This document shows positions 38,232 through 48,093 of a stretch of DNA of 54,383 nucleotides, in pieces. The first letter of the stretch is position 1; every line of letters starts with the position of its first letter. Both the position numbers and the translations under genes were made by a program. The stretch is from a virus (taxonomy: Duplodnaviria > Caudoviricetes): positions 1 to 54,383 of the IMG/VR virus record IMGVR_UViG_3300008255_000013, one strand, 5' to 3'. The notes below the pieces were generated by a model. That model was given only the letters and a program-made list of their open reading frames with translations, was not told where the DNA came from and searched no databases.

Positions 38232-40196
38232 CTATGCTATTTCGTATTGGCCAGTTACTGCAATCTTGCGACCATTCGCGATAATTGTTGTATTGTTATA
38301 TTTTACAATGTAAACAGTTGAAACACTAGGCGCAATATGACCAGTACACGCCTCTGCTGTTGCGAACACCTCTCGAGCAGAGCATATGTAATCATGATTT
38401 GCAGATGTAAACGGTAACGTAGCAACTATTCCGCTTGTCGCTGTTCCTGCTGTTGTAATGTCTATAAGCATAGTAAATGATACGGTTTTACCCATTTGCT
38501 TATACCTACCTGTAGCGGATACTGAAGTGAATGTACCAATAGCCGCGGTTATAACAGGTGTGTAAGTTGTCCAATCTTCGCTGTCACCCACTACTACACC
38601 GTTAGCATACAAACTCGTAGCATTGATTGTGCCAACGCCTTGACCAGCAAGTGCACCAAGTGCTACGCCGTTTTGAATAGCCATTTCAGTGTTTAACGAG
38701 CCACTTAATGCTGTTTGAAAGCGTATCTTACCAAGTTCAGAGCCATCAGTAACAATATCCGCGAACGTGTCAATTCTTGCGTAGTTAAATTGTTCGTCTA
38801 CACTATTGCGTCCAAACATGCCCCATTGGAATATCACGCCCAGTGATGGTGATGCCGTTGTGTCGTCAGTGTTAAATGTTGGCGCATCGCTTGCAATTGT
38901 GATAGTATCGCTAAAGCTATTTGTGCCACTATGCACGTTATTGCCCGTAAGCGTCTTGTTACCAGTAATTGTTTGTGTTGAGGAAATATCGACTGCTCCG
39001 AGAGTTGCGATTGCTGCGGAAGCACTGGCATCATCAAGAAGAGTTCTTGCAAAAGCGGTTAAATCAGTTGTGGCGGCTGTATTCGTGCCATTAAAATAAG
39101 GTAATTTATTCGCCGTTGCGGTCAATCCTGCCAATGCAAGTAAAATAGCACTGAAGGCTTGGACATTTGTTCCAATAACCAATCCAAGATCAGATACAAC
39201 TTGTGCTGGCGTTCTGTTTATCCAGTCTGTGCCATTGTATTTCATAAAGTCGTTGTTTGCGAGGGATGTAAACAAAACATCGGACAAATTGGAAACGGAA
39301 GGAGTTGTTGCGCTTGATAAATCAGCCCACAATGCCGCCCCTGTTTGCGGATCTAAGCAAACAAAATATGTATTGGTGACAGTGTTTATCCAAATTGAAC
39401 CTTCGGAATAATCGTCCGTTTGATCATCATTGACTGTTGGATCTGTTGTCGTGATCGTTCTTTTTGGGATATTATTTGCCGCATCTGTCACATCACCTGA
39501 TATTGAAGCCACTACAACAATAGAGGACACAATCGCCGCCAAAGCTTGAATTGCCCCTGTGGCGACTGTTCCATCCTCAATATCCGCAAGTGTTTCTATA
39601 TCCGTTGATATGGGAGCAAGAATATTAATATCATCAGAATCAGAGGCAACTATATTGATATTTGTGGCGTTTCCAGAAGCGGCTGTGACATCTGCCGCAA
39701 TACCTGCCACTACTGGCACATCTGCCATTATAGAAGCCACTGATCCAATTGTATTTGCGCCTGTTAAATCATCACTGACCGCTATAAAATCAGGGTTTGT
39801 TAGTACCGCCTCAACATCATCTCTTGCATCGCTAATTTCTGACGCATTGGCAAATATATCACCAATGGCTTGGCTACTATATGCAGAAGAGGTAATGGGC
39901 AATTGGTATTCGGTTGGGTTTTGCTTTATCTTGCGCAGTAATCGCTCTGTGCGTTCGCTAATGCCTGTGATTGAAGCCACAATAGCACTTTCAACATAAC
40001 AATCAGCCGATAACTGACCATTATCATTTAAGGTTTGGGGGTTTTCTCTTGACGCAGTTCCTGTTGGTGCTTGGTATAGTATTGCTTTTGTGGTGCTTTT
40101 GCTACCATCATCATTGGCAACATAGAAAGTGACCACCGCTTGTGCGAGGTTTTTTTGAATAATGCCAAAATCTGCTATTTTAACGCGCGTAGTCAT
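38232..40196 (-). CDS. Tail fibre protein
   Basis: Shared anchor N-terminus (ENPQTLNDNGQL), LVIGTNVQA, ANKLPYF.G...DLTAFARTLLDD, QTITGNKT and a WTTYTP...GRYKQMGKTV tip domain. Confidence 0.85.
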   Translation of the reverse strand: MTTRVKIADFGIIQKNLAQAVVTFYVANDDGSKSTTKAILYQAPTGTASRENPQTLNDNGQLSADCYVESAIVASITGISERTERLLRKIKQNPTEYQLPITSSAYSSQAIGDIFANASEISDARDDVEAVLTNPDFIAVSDDLTGANTIGSVASIMADVPVVAGIAADVTAASGNATNINIVASDSDDINILAPISTDIETLADIEDGTVATGAIQALAAIVSSIVVVASISGDVTDAANNIPKRTITTTDPTVNDDQTDDYSEGSIWINTVTNTYFVCLDPQTGAALWADLSSATTPSVSNLSDVLFTSLANNDFMKYNGTDWINRTPAQVVSDLGLVIGTNVQAFSAILLALAGLTATANKLPYFNGTNTAATTDLTAFARTLLDDASASAAIATLGAVDISSTQTITGNKTLTGNNVHSGTNSFSDTITIASDAPTFNTDDTTASPSLGVIFQWGMFGRNSVDEQFNYARIDTFADIVTDGSELGKIRFQTALSGSLNTEMAIQNGVALGALAGQGVGTINATSLYANGVVVGDSEDWTTYTPVITAAIGTFTSVSATGRYKQMGKTVSFTMLIDITTAGTATSGIVATLPFTSANHDYICSAREVFATAEACTGHIAPSVSTVYIVKYNNTTIIANGRKIAVTGQYEIA

Positions 40197-40972
40197 CTGT
40201 TTTTACCTCGATATCCATAGCCATTACCATTATAATACCCATCATTGTCAAAGCCACAATCAACCGAACCAATGACTGGCTCTGTTACAGGTGGTTTTGG
40301 ACCAGAAAAACGACCATCGTATGCCGACAACAACATTTCCAACTTTTGAGCATCCTCATCAAGCCTACGAAGTTCACCTTCTGATAATCTTCTGACTGGT
40401 CCGCTACCAATTTCATAAGCAAGGCGTTTAACGACCCATAAATACCATGATGGACGCAATCTAATGTCCTCATCCCCTACACCGCTTGGATCAATGCTCT
40501 TTTGGTAAGTTTGGACGCGAACCCGAAGAACAAGACCCAAATCTTCCTCAACTTGTGTTGGGAGAGGGTAAACTTTCAAAACCATATCTTTATCTTTGGT
40601 GACATGCACACGGCATGGGCGACCTGTTTCATTCAATTTTTCTAAAACATTCTCGCTTTCGTAATTGAAAATCAACGAGTCAACATACCCTGTCCTATCA
40701 ACAATGGATGTGCTAAATACACCCACAACGCCACTATCACTTGAATAATCAGACAAATCATAATCGCCAATACCTGCCTCAAGGGGAATATCGAACACTT
40801 CCCAAAATCCAGGCATGGACAATACACCAACTTGGTAATTTAAGAGCATTTCAAGCCAATTAAGTGTCTTTTTCATTTCACCTTCATCTGGTGATGATTG
40901 AGACGCAGGAAACGCACCAATCGTACTTAGTGCGTCCTCTGCTATCTGTTTGGCGGTTTTAATTGTTGGCAA
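40193..40972 (-). CDS. Head-to-tail adaptor (P22 gp4/tail tubular A-like)
   Basis: TAKQIAEDAL..IG...LAYEI pattern; located downstream of the capsid genes. Confidence 0.65.
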   Translation of the reverse strand: MPTIKTAKQIAEDALSTIGAFPASQSSPDEGEMKKTLNWLEMLLNYQVGVLSMPGFWEVFDIPLEAGIGDYDLSDYSSDSGVVGVFSTSIVDRTGYVDSLIFNYESENVLEKLNETGRPCRVHVTKDKDMVLKVYPLPTQVEEDLGLVLRVRVQTYQKSIDPSGVGDEDIRLRPSWYLWVVKRLAYEIGSGPVRRLSEGELRRLDEDAQKLEMLLSAYDGRFSGPKPPVTEPVIGSVDCGFDNDGYYNGNGYGYRGKNR

Positions 40973-40999
40973 GATTTGATCCTCATATCAAATTACAGA

Positions 41000-41755
41000 T
41001 TAAGCCTTGGCTTTGGCTTCCAAGAACTTTTCAACATCTGGCTTTGTGATATTGCCATTCGCGCCTGTGCCAGTGATATCATTAATATCAAGACCATTGG
41101 CTGTAATGAGCACAAGTGCGCTGTCTGTAGCTTTTTTGATCTCTTCTAGGGTAAATGACGCGTCTTTATCACTAGATTCATCGCTAATGGCGTTTTCTTG
41201 CGTTTCTAGGGCTTTATCTTCTTGAGTGGTATCATCAACCGCCTCACTTACATTTAACGTTTGTGCGTCAACCTGTGGGGCTTGATTTTCAGCGACAACA
41301 TCAATTTCCTCAACATCATCTTCAATTAGGTTGTCTTTGCCATCGATATAGTCCTTTGGCAACTCAACATTACCATTCAAGAAATCTATCAATGCAGGAC
41401 GCTCATCTTCATCGGCTTCAAGGAATATTTCACCATCTTTTTTCTGCGCTACGCGTAATTTAAGAGCCTCAAAGGTTAATTCAGAAAATCGAGCAATGCA
41501 CTCGCCTTTTTTAAGCTGCGCTTGGACGTTATCAGTGGCAATAACAGGGAGTTCTAACTTAGAACCATCAACTTCCTCAACGATAAATCCATCTTTCATG
41601 AATTTAATTCCCACCTCAAAAGGCAAAATCTTTTCTTCGCCGTACTTAAATTCAACTGTCTCAAGATTTCCGTTAACAAAAATCTCATGGATACGAACAA
41701 CCGACTCCTCTGTCACGCTCGTATCAATTACTCTTAATGCTTTTTGCTTGCTCAT
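41000..41755 (-). CDS. Acidic protein with C-terminal E3-binding (PSBD)-like domain
   Basis: ATDSALVL...NGLDINDITGTGANGNITKPDVEKFL. Confidence 0.7.
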   Translation of the reverse strand: MSKQKALRVIDTSVTEESVVRIHEIFVNGNLETVEFKYGEEKILPFEVGIKFMKDGFIVEEVDGSKLELPVIATDNVQAQLKKGECIARFSELTFEALKLRVAQKKDGEIFLEADEDERPALIDFLNGNVELPKDYIDGKDNLIEDDVEEIDVVAENQAPQVDAQTLNVSEAVDDTTQEDKALETQENAISDESSDKDASFTLEEIKKATDSALVLITANGLDINDITGTGANGNITKPDVEKFLEAKAKA

Positions 41756-41835
41756 GGTTATGATCCTTCCTTCTCTGGCTGTTTGTGGTCATATGGAGAT
41801 AGACCGATATAAAACCGATCTATCCACTATGATCA

Positions 41836-42549
41836 CTAGATTTTTGACGCAGGTAGCATAGCTGGCAACAAGATAAACCCTGCCGCAGTATCAGAACCAG
41901 CCGACAATGTGTATGTGATTGCTTTTCCAGTCTTATCTGTATTGATTTCAGGGAAATCATCACCAGCATTTGCACTGTCTTGAACAACCAAATCCGCACC
42001 GCGTGTCGTGCCAGCATTTGCACTTGTGGCTTTGATGTATCCAGCCGTAGCAACGGACAATCCATCAATAAAGCCATCAGCATCACCAGAGTCACTTGAT
42101 AGTGTTCCCACATCAATTGTTTCTGTAGCATCAACTGTCACCACTTCAACGCCCACATTAGGGGCAATAGCACCGATTTGTGTAAAGCCTGTGTTTGTTT
42201 CTGTAGCGGCAGTTTGATCGGCGGCGTTAAATGGAATAACCATTGTGGTTTGAGCCACACTGTCATCAATATTAATGCTTGCTTGACCAGAGGCTTTGAC
42301 GTTACGTACGACAACGAAGTGACCAGAAGGGGCTTGAATATACAAGTCCACCGCAGGAACGCTATCGGCTACATTAAAATCAAAAAAGCCATTTGTTAGA
42401 GGCAATGGATTAGCTAAAGCACCACCATTGGCATCTGTTAAAGCAAGTTTAGCTGTGCCATTAGCCGAAGTTACATAAACTGCACCGCCAGCCTCGCTAA
42501 TTGCTCCACCTGTAATCAGGCTTCGTAGTTGGGAGTTATAATTTCTCAT
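41836..42549 (-). CDS. Capsid decoration/minor head protein
   Basis: A/G/T-rich, immediately after the capsid gene; TIDVG...DADGFIDGL. Confidence 0.6.
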   Translation of the reverse strand: MRNYNSQLRSLITGGAISEAGGAVYVTSANGTAKLALTDANGGALANPLPLTNGFFDFNVADSVPAVDLYIQAPSGHFVVVRNVKASGQASINIDDSVAQTTMVIPFNAADQTAATETNTGFTQIGAIAPNVGVEVVTVDATETIDVGTLSSDSGDADGFIDGLSVATAGYIKATSANAGTTRGADLVVQDSANAGDDFPEINTDKTGKAITYTLSAGSDTAAGFILLPAMLPASKI

Positions 42550-42573
42550 AACATTTTCTCCTATATTTGGTTT

Positions 42574-42603
42574 GAAAACAGGTAGCCCAATTAAGGGCTA
42601 CCT
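42574..42603 (-). terminator. Hairpin/terminator after the major capsid gene
   Basis: Perfect 9-bp stem AGGTAGCCC-6-GGGCTACCT followed by GTTTT on the minus strand. Confidence 0.65.
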
Positions 42604-42611
42604 TGATGAAA

Positions 42612-43712
42612 TTAAAGTGCCGCGGCAGTTTTAACGGCAACTACGCCGTAATCTTCTGCTGCATTTGCGCTTGCTGTAGGCTTATACTGTGGCTTAAGCA
42701 TACCAAGCATTTGTTGATAACCAACGGCAGGTTTGCGACCATAATCATTTTGATCGCCTTCCAACCATTCGCCACCACCCAATGTGGTAAAGCCCAATGC
42801 ACCAGCACCCATAAGAGTGGCTTGCGCACCTTCCACTGTACCACCTGATCCCCACTTAGAACTTGAAGCCAAGCCAGTCGTGTTGACCACTTTGCGGTGT
42901 TCGTACAAGATTAACCCATCAACAACCGCTAGAGCGTTCATGAACAATGGGTTTTTAGAACCACGTTCCGCAGCGCGAGAAACAATTGTTTGATATGTTG
43001 AATCAAGTAACAAATCACGGCGTTGTTCAGGTGACATCACCATAGCATAGTATTCCTTACCGCCTTGACGGATTGGGCGAATACCTTGTCTACGTGCGAA
43101 TGTCTTTGCTGACACACATGTAGCCCATGACATCTTATCTGTCGCAGTCAAAGTAGCCTCTGACGTTGCAGTACCAGCGTATTTAACGCGGTTTGCCGAT
43201 GCTGGGGTAACAGAGGCAGCAAACTTCAATGAAGGTAGCTGTGATGTACCACGAGTGGATAGGTCAGTATTAAGCGTAAATGCCCGACCAGCGGCAGTTA
43301 AGAACATAAGTTCATCAACCTTATCTGGCAACCAAAAGCCTAATTTGTCCTTGGCTTGCTCACGGAAGCGAATAACAGTTGCCTGTTCAGACATTTGACC
43401 TTTTGATTTAACGGCGTGTGCCAAGCAATCAATCACGATGATTTGCGCATCGTTGACCATTTGCTCTTCTGCTCCGTTTAGATCGTTGTCACCTGCTGTA
43501 CCATCTCCTTCGAGATCATTCACCATTTGCATCACGCACTCAAGACCGCGAGAGGTCTTAGTGAGTTCGTCAACTCGATGAATAGGGGTGTTCATGTTTG
43601 TGCCAATAAAGCCGTTGCTCTGCCAAAACGATTCGTCACGGAATTGCAACCAAAGCTTACTTGACCAAACTTTTTTCTGGGCGGCTGATAATGCACCAAA
43701 ATCTGTTTGCAT
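42612..43712 (-). CDS. Major capsid protein (N4 gp56/DUF4043-type)
   Basis: KKVWS..LW, GDNDLNGAEE, MSEQ.T...FR..AK..L..W, A..RGSKNPLF and DYGVVAV. Confidence 0.88.
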   Translation of the reverse strand: MQTDFGALSAAQKKVWSSKLWLQFRDESFWQSNGFIGTNMNTPIHRVDELTKTSRGLECVMQMVNDLEGDGTAGDNDLNGAEEQMVNDAQIIVIDCLAHAVKSKGQMSEQATVIRFREQAKDKLGFWLPDKVDELMFLTAAGRAFTLNTDLSTRGTSQLPSLKFAASVTPASANRVKYAGTATSEATLTATDKMSWATCVSAKTFARRQGIRPIRQGGKEYYAMVMSPEQRRDLLLDSTYQTIVSRAAERGSKNPLFMNALAVVDGLILYEHRKVVNTTGLASSSKWGSGGTVEGAQATLMGAGALGFTTLGGGEWLEGDQNDYGRKPAVGYQQMLGMLKPQYKPTASANAAEDYGVVAVKTAAAL

Positions 43713-43775
43713 AGGGGTAGTCTCCTTGTTTGTTTTAGGCTTTTGGAGACACTCTTTTCTATGTGTTCCTAGAGC

Positions 43776-44921
43776 CTAGATTGCTGTTCTACCTAAAACG
43801 CGTTGGATAAGCTGGGGCGAATTTTTTAAAATATCAGCTAAATCATCTTGGCTCATTTGTTCAATTTGCGCCTCGGTTAATTCACCTGTATCCGTACCCA
43901 TACTCATACTCGCTATTGAAGGCGGTTGTGAGTTAGCTAGTTCAATTTTCTTTGATAGGCTTAATGCGTTACCAGAAACTTGAGTTTTGCTAGGTTCAGT
44001 AGCTTGACCATTTGCCGTCTGCGGTTTGTATTCACTTGGGTTAACAAAAGAATACTGACCAAGAAGTAATTTAGTGGTGTTTTCTGTCGTGAGTTGATCT
44101 GTAAGAAGTGCTTTTTCTTTCATAAGCGCGACATGAACTCTCGGATCATTTGATTGAGCGTTCACCCCACGCATTGCAAGATTCTGCACTGCTTGTTGAC
44201 TGATTGTTTCCCACACGGCTTTTGAAGTGCTCGGAGGTAAATTATCAATCTGGGCAACATTTGGGTGCTCTTTTTGGATATTGAGGGCAGATTCATGAAT
44301 ATAATCTTCTACCTGTTTTTTGGATAGAATATCATTGGTCACTTGTCTCGACTCTTGGGATATTTGTTCTAACCTAAGCTTCGATAGCCCACGTATCTCT
44401 TTGTCAATTTCTAAAGTTGCTTTTGTTAATTCGACTGTGGAAATATCGCCATCGTCATACTTTTCAGCTAACTCAAGCTTTTTTGCCTCTGCCGTATCAA
44501 TTTTGGCATCAATATCATCAACCAAAGAACCCTTGTCGTCCACCTGCTCCACTTGTTTATTTTGGGGATCATTATTCTTTTCAGACATTTGCAGTCTTAA
44601 AGCTTCATTTTCTCTTTCTCTAAACTCAAGTTTCGCACGTATCAAATCACGTTCAGATAAAATCTCATCAAACCTCGGCTTTGGGATCATATGTGGGGTT
44701 TTCCCATTATCACCTTTTGCGTCATCAATCTTTTCTTCTGCCGTTGCCTTTTCAGGGGTTTGTTCGGCTTCTGATTTTTCTTGATTAAGGGCTTCAACTT
44801 CTGCCTCTGCCTCTTTGAGCCCTGCTAACATAGGATCATCATCGAGTATTTGTTCTTCGGCTTGGGTCTCTTCCCCTTGGTTTGTTAAGTCTAAATCTTC
44901 ATCAGTTGGTTTTGTGGTCAT
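43776..44921 (-). CDS. Capsid scaffolding protein
   Basis: Acidic coiled coil with MIPKPRFDE and C-terminal IEQMSQDDL; lies between portal and capsid; RBS before ATG 44921. Confidence 0.8.
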   Translation of the reverse strand: MTTKPTDEDLDLTNQGEETQAEEQILDDDPMLAGLKEAEAEVEALNQEKSEAEQTPEKATAEEKIDDAKGDNGKTPHMIPKPRFDEILSERDLIRAKLEFRERENEALRLQMSEKNNDPQNKQVEQVDDKGSLVDDIDAKIDTAEAKKLELAEKYDDGDISTVELTKATLEIDKEIRGLSKLRLEQISQESRQVTNDILSKKQVEDYIHESALNIQKEHPNVAQIDNLPPSTSKAVWETISQQAVQNLAMRGVNAQSNDPRVHVALMKEKALLTDQLTTENTTKLLLGQYSFVNPSEYKPQTANGQATEPSKTQVSGNALSLSKKIELANSQPPSIASMSMGTDTGELTEAQIEQMSQDDLADILKNSPQLIQRVLGRTAI

Positions 44922-45029
44922 ACTAAGTCCTTTTCGCTTGACGTTCTGCGGTTGCGCCCGATATCTACGGCGGCTAGAAAGACATTTATCGCTATGCCTC
45001 AAAGCGGATTGTCAAAAGATTTAGGAATT

Positions 45030-45067
45030 AAAAAAGCCACACAATCCCAAAGAGGGAAAATGTGGCT
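45030..45067 (-). terminator. Intrinsic terminator/attenuator upstream of the scaffold gene
   Basis: AGCCACA...TGTGGCT stem with inner TCCC/GGGA, followed by a T run. Confidence 0.65.
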
Positions 45068-45096
45068 AGGTTGTTCCTGCACCAATCGACATTAAA

Positions 45097-45125
45097 AGGA
45101 TATGGTTTTTATTAAAAACTGTCAA
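45097..45125 (-). promoter_or_regulatory. Sigma70-type promoter upstream of the head operon
   Basis: TTGACA-17-TATCCT. Confidence 0.6.
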
Positions 45126-45237
45126 CTTTGTTCTAATTTAAGCCCCATATATAAGCGTACGGGGGTTAAAATAAGTCACTCCTTATCAGTATACCAGACA
45201 AAATGAACGCAATCACAGGGCTTTTAAAAGTGATTCG

Positions 45238-45378
45238 TTACGGCTTTTCTGTTTGCTTGGTCTCAATGTGTGATACTTTTCCAGCTTGAAAACTGACTGT
45301 AATTGATCCGTAAAAACTTGGGTTTAATTTCTCAACCATTTTTGAGATAACCCACTGCATGTTTTGATCAATCACCAT
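45238..45378 (-). CDS. Small DUF2292/YezD-like protein (46 aa)
   Basis: Manual translation MVIDQNMQWVISKMVEKLNPSFYGSITVSFQAGKVSHIETKQTEKP. Confidence 0.6.
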   Translation of the reverse strand: MVIDQNMQWVISKMVEKLNPSFYGSITVSFQAGKVSHIETKQTEKP

Positions 45379-45380
45379 TT

Positions 45381-45944
45381 CTAAACCCCTTTTAAAGCGT
45401 TTAATGCCACTGTCGTTTGTTGATTATCGGATAGGTTCATGTCGCTTTTCAAAACTTTGCCCGAATACATCTCGTTCCATTGCTCATGCGCTTGATTGGC
45501 TAAACCTGCGTAATATTGAAATCCAAGAGCAATCATATTGGCAAAAGGTAATTCTGACTCCACTGTATATTGTGGATCACCATCTTCATCATGCCAAATC
45601 ATAACCAATCTTGACCAACAATTATCCTGATCACCCAATAAAGCCTGTATCTGTGGTGGATGCGTCCACCCAACAAGCCAAAGCCCATTAAAATTTAATT
45701 CTTTTGTTAAATACCCCTGCAATTCTTCGGCAAAATGCTCTTGCATAGGGTGTGGTGGGATATTCAACAATTCATCGGGCTCAAAATTCTTTAAAACCAC
45801 TTTGCCATTCTTTGAATCTGCCTCGGGGGCTATAATCCAATAGTGCTTTTTATCTGGAACGCCATAATTACTGTCAAAAGATGCCTCAATAAACAATCTT
45901 TTTTTTATAACTGGCGATTTCCATAGGTTACTTGGTAATTTCAT
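45381..45944 (-). CDS. Hypothetical protein
   Basis: 187-aa ORF with GGAG RBS and ATGA coupling. Confidence 0.7.
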   Translation of the reverse strand: MKLPSNLWKSPVIKKRLFIEASFDSNYGVPDKKHYWIIAPEADSKNGKVVLKNFEPDELLNIPPHPMQEHFAEELQGYLTKELNFNGLWLVGWTHPPQIQALLGDQDNCWSRLVMIWHDEDGDPQYTVESELPFANMIALGFQYYAGLANQAHEQWNEMYSGKVLKSDMNLSDNQQTTVALNALKGV

Positions 45945-46150
45945 ACTCCACCACTCTTTTTTATGTTGTCTTTAAGCCATTCTGCCGTGCCAACAAGTTC
46001 GGCAACTGTCACAGATCTCCCCATAGATGCCTCTTGTTCAACATACTCATAAACTAAATGATACAATCTTTCTGCTAAATTTGTAATACGTGGCTTACAA
46101 CCTTGGTGCAAAGGCACAACCTTAAAGTTATTTTGCTTTACTTTAGCCAT
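45941..46150 (-). CDS. Hypothetical protein
   Basis: TAATG coupling to the portal stop codon. Confidence 0.65.
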   Translation of the reverse strand: MAKVKQNNFKVVPLHQGCKPRITNLAERLYHLVYEYVEQEASMGRSVTVAELVGTAEWLKDNIKKSGGV

Positions 46151-48093
46151 TAATTGACAAATCCCTCTGGCGTTGATGTCTGAACTGGGGTTTCATTCAT
46201 TGCGTCTGCTCCTGCGGCTTGCGCTACATCTTGCGGAACTGATTGCTGGGCTAACTCCATCGCCTTTTTCCACTCATTCTTGCGCGGTAGGCTTGTTTGA
46301 TCAATAATCAATTCTGGCGCGGTTTGAGCCAAAGCCATACCAATTGGACCAAGTTTCTCAATCATCATCATAGTTTCTTCAAACTGTGCTTGTTTAAAGG
46401 TAGCTGAAATCGGAACTTCATCAACATGAACGGAATATTTACCGACTGTAATATCATTCATTCTCGTGATAGAGTTTGTGCCAGTCTCCATTTTCTTATT
46501 AATCTCATAAGTCACAAGAGACGAGTCCTCTCCCAATACGCGGAATATCCTATTTTCTGTGTAAAATCTCTGGAATATATCCAAGCTTGATTTGCCTTGA
46601 AGTTTCTTGGATCGGCTAAAATTATCAGAATACATTTGGATTGATAAAACGGCTTGGCGTTGACGCGCCTCGATTGCTCTGCCTGATTGAACTCTGTCTA
46701 TTTGACCCAATGCCGATTGGTTAATGCCACTAATTTCATTTAAATCCTCACGCGCCTTTTCTTCCAAGCGATCCAACCCTTGAGGATATCCACCTGGATC
46801 AATCCTTGAAGGCTTCTCTGCGTTTTTCTTGTGTTTCACGTTAATTCCAGGGGATGCCCCAAATTTCTTAAGGTTTTCTTCTTGGTCTGGATCTAAAGAA
46901 TCTTCTGAATACATCCAGCCTGAATTGGCATTACGATTGAGAATATCGGTTAAAACTGAACGCTTTTTGTTAATCTCGCGTTGTGGATCAATCAAATCAT
47001 CAATCATACCTCTCGTTTTGCCTCGGCGAAAATAAGGGAAATAACCAACTGTCGTATAATTATTATAGATTGACCATTCATCAAACAATAAAATGTCGCC
47101 ACAAGTCACAGTACGTCTCACACGATTAACTGGGCGATTGGCAACCTTGACTAAATTTCCATTCATTTCTGCGTACTTTAAAACCTTATCAATGATTGAA
47201 GGGTCTTTAAGCCATGCATCAGGGATCATTTCGTGATCTTCGGTCTCTGTATCCACAAAGCACGGCACAATAGATTTAACCTTATACTGGCTATCAAGTA
47301 ACCTAATTTGCTTCGCTTGGTGATCAATAAAATCGCCATGATAAACATCTGCCCATCGATTATAATCCCTATCATCGGCATATTGTCCAAATGTCGTCTT
47401 AGGGCTGACATCAACATCACCAAGGTAGCTCATGATATTTGATTGATACGTTGGACTCATGACGTTTTGAACAGCTATTGCCGCATCCGAACCATAATTT
47501 GAGTTAATAGCATCAATGTTTGTCCATACCGAGTCTTGAATATAGGATGCCCCATATTTATCATTATTCAAATCATAATGCTTGCAATCTGGATCTATGT
47601 ATTTAGCAAAAGGGTCACTTGCTGTATAAGCTATCTCGCCCATAAAATTATCTTCAAAGCATAGTTCTATATCCCAAAATCCTCGCCCTGTTGAAAGCCC
47701 ATCGGCAAAAACGTCCGTATCCACGTATTGTAAATCTGTTCTATTGGCTTCGGATTTGTAAATATTATTTAAAACCTCTGCTAAATCTTCGGAAGATGAT
47801 GAGTTTGAAGTTGGTAAAAATGAAACATCAAGCCTGTTACTTGACTGATAACCCATGACGAGGCGATAAAGAGGCGCAATCTTATTCATCACAAGTGCCG
47901 TTCTTTGGGCTTCATTCAAGATTGCTCTTTGTTGTGGCGTGTACTGCTCACCCTCTAAAAATTCAACACAAAGCTTGGCTTGTTTAGCCCATCTTGAGTG
48001 TGGTTCAACTGTTCTGATCCATCGATAGCAAAGTTTGCGAACAATCTCATCGTTTTGTTCTGGTAGCTTTAAGCCATTTAAGCCGTAACCCAT
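46150..48093 (-). CDS. Portal protein (P22-like)
   Basis: F.EGEQY, MNKI.P....VMGYQ, GMIDDLIDPQREINKKRS and SGRAIEARQ.Q; follows TerL. Confidence 0.9.
   Translation of the reverse strand: MGYGLNGLKLPEQNDEIVRKLCYRWIRTVEPHSRWAKQAKLCVEFLEGEQYTPQQRAILNEAQRTALVMNKIAPLYRLVMGYQSSNRLDVSFLPTSNSSSSEDLAEVLNNIYKSEANRTDLQYVDTDVFADGLSTGRGFWDIELCFEDNFMGEIAYTASDPFAKYIDPDCKHYDLNNDKYGASYIQDSVWTNIDAINSNYGSDAAIAVQNVMSPTYQSNIMSYLGDVDVSPKTTFGQYADDRDYNRWADVYHGDFIDHQAKQIRLLDSQYKVKSIVPCFVDTETEDHEMIPDAWLKDPSIIDKVLKYAEMNGNLVKVANRPVNRVRRTVTCGDILLFDEWSIYNNYTTVGYFPYFRRGKTRGMIDDLIDPQREINKKRSVLTDILNRNANSGWMYSEDSLDPDQEENLKKFGASPGINVKHKKNAEKPSRIDPGGYPQGLDRLEEKAREDLNEISGINQSALGQIDRVQSGRAIEARQRQAVLSIQMYSDNFSRSKKLQGKSSLDIFQRFYTENRIFRVLGEDSSLVTYEINKKMETGTNSITRMNDITVGKYSVHVDEVPISATFKQAQFEETMMMIEKLGPIGMALAQTAPELIIDQTSLPRKNEWKKAMELAQQSVPQDVAQAAGADAMNETPVQTSTPEGFVN

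Noticed and set aside
41797-41825. Hairpins at 41797-41825, 43736-43779 and 4826-4856 as terminators
   Set aside because: No U-tract follows on the transcribed strand; they are probably ordinary intergenic stabilising hairpins
44320-44784. Plus-strand ORFs antisense to structural genes (also 16655..17101, 39559..39999, 4305..4706, 1708..2076)
   Set aside because: These are Ser/Phe/Leu-rich shadow frames of real minus-strand genes with no RBS or recognisable motifs
44922-45002. N-terminal extension of the scaffold protein in the ORF track
   Set aside because: It starts at TTG without an RBS; the ATG at 44921 has AAAGGA and the region looks like a structured leader
45135-45235. Possible single-strand initiation/primosome-assembly-like element (similar feel at 11470-11545)
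   Set aside because: The similarity is too weak to support by eye
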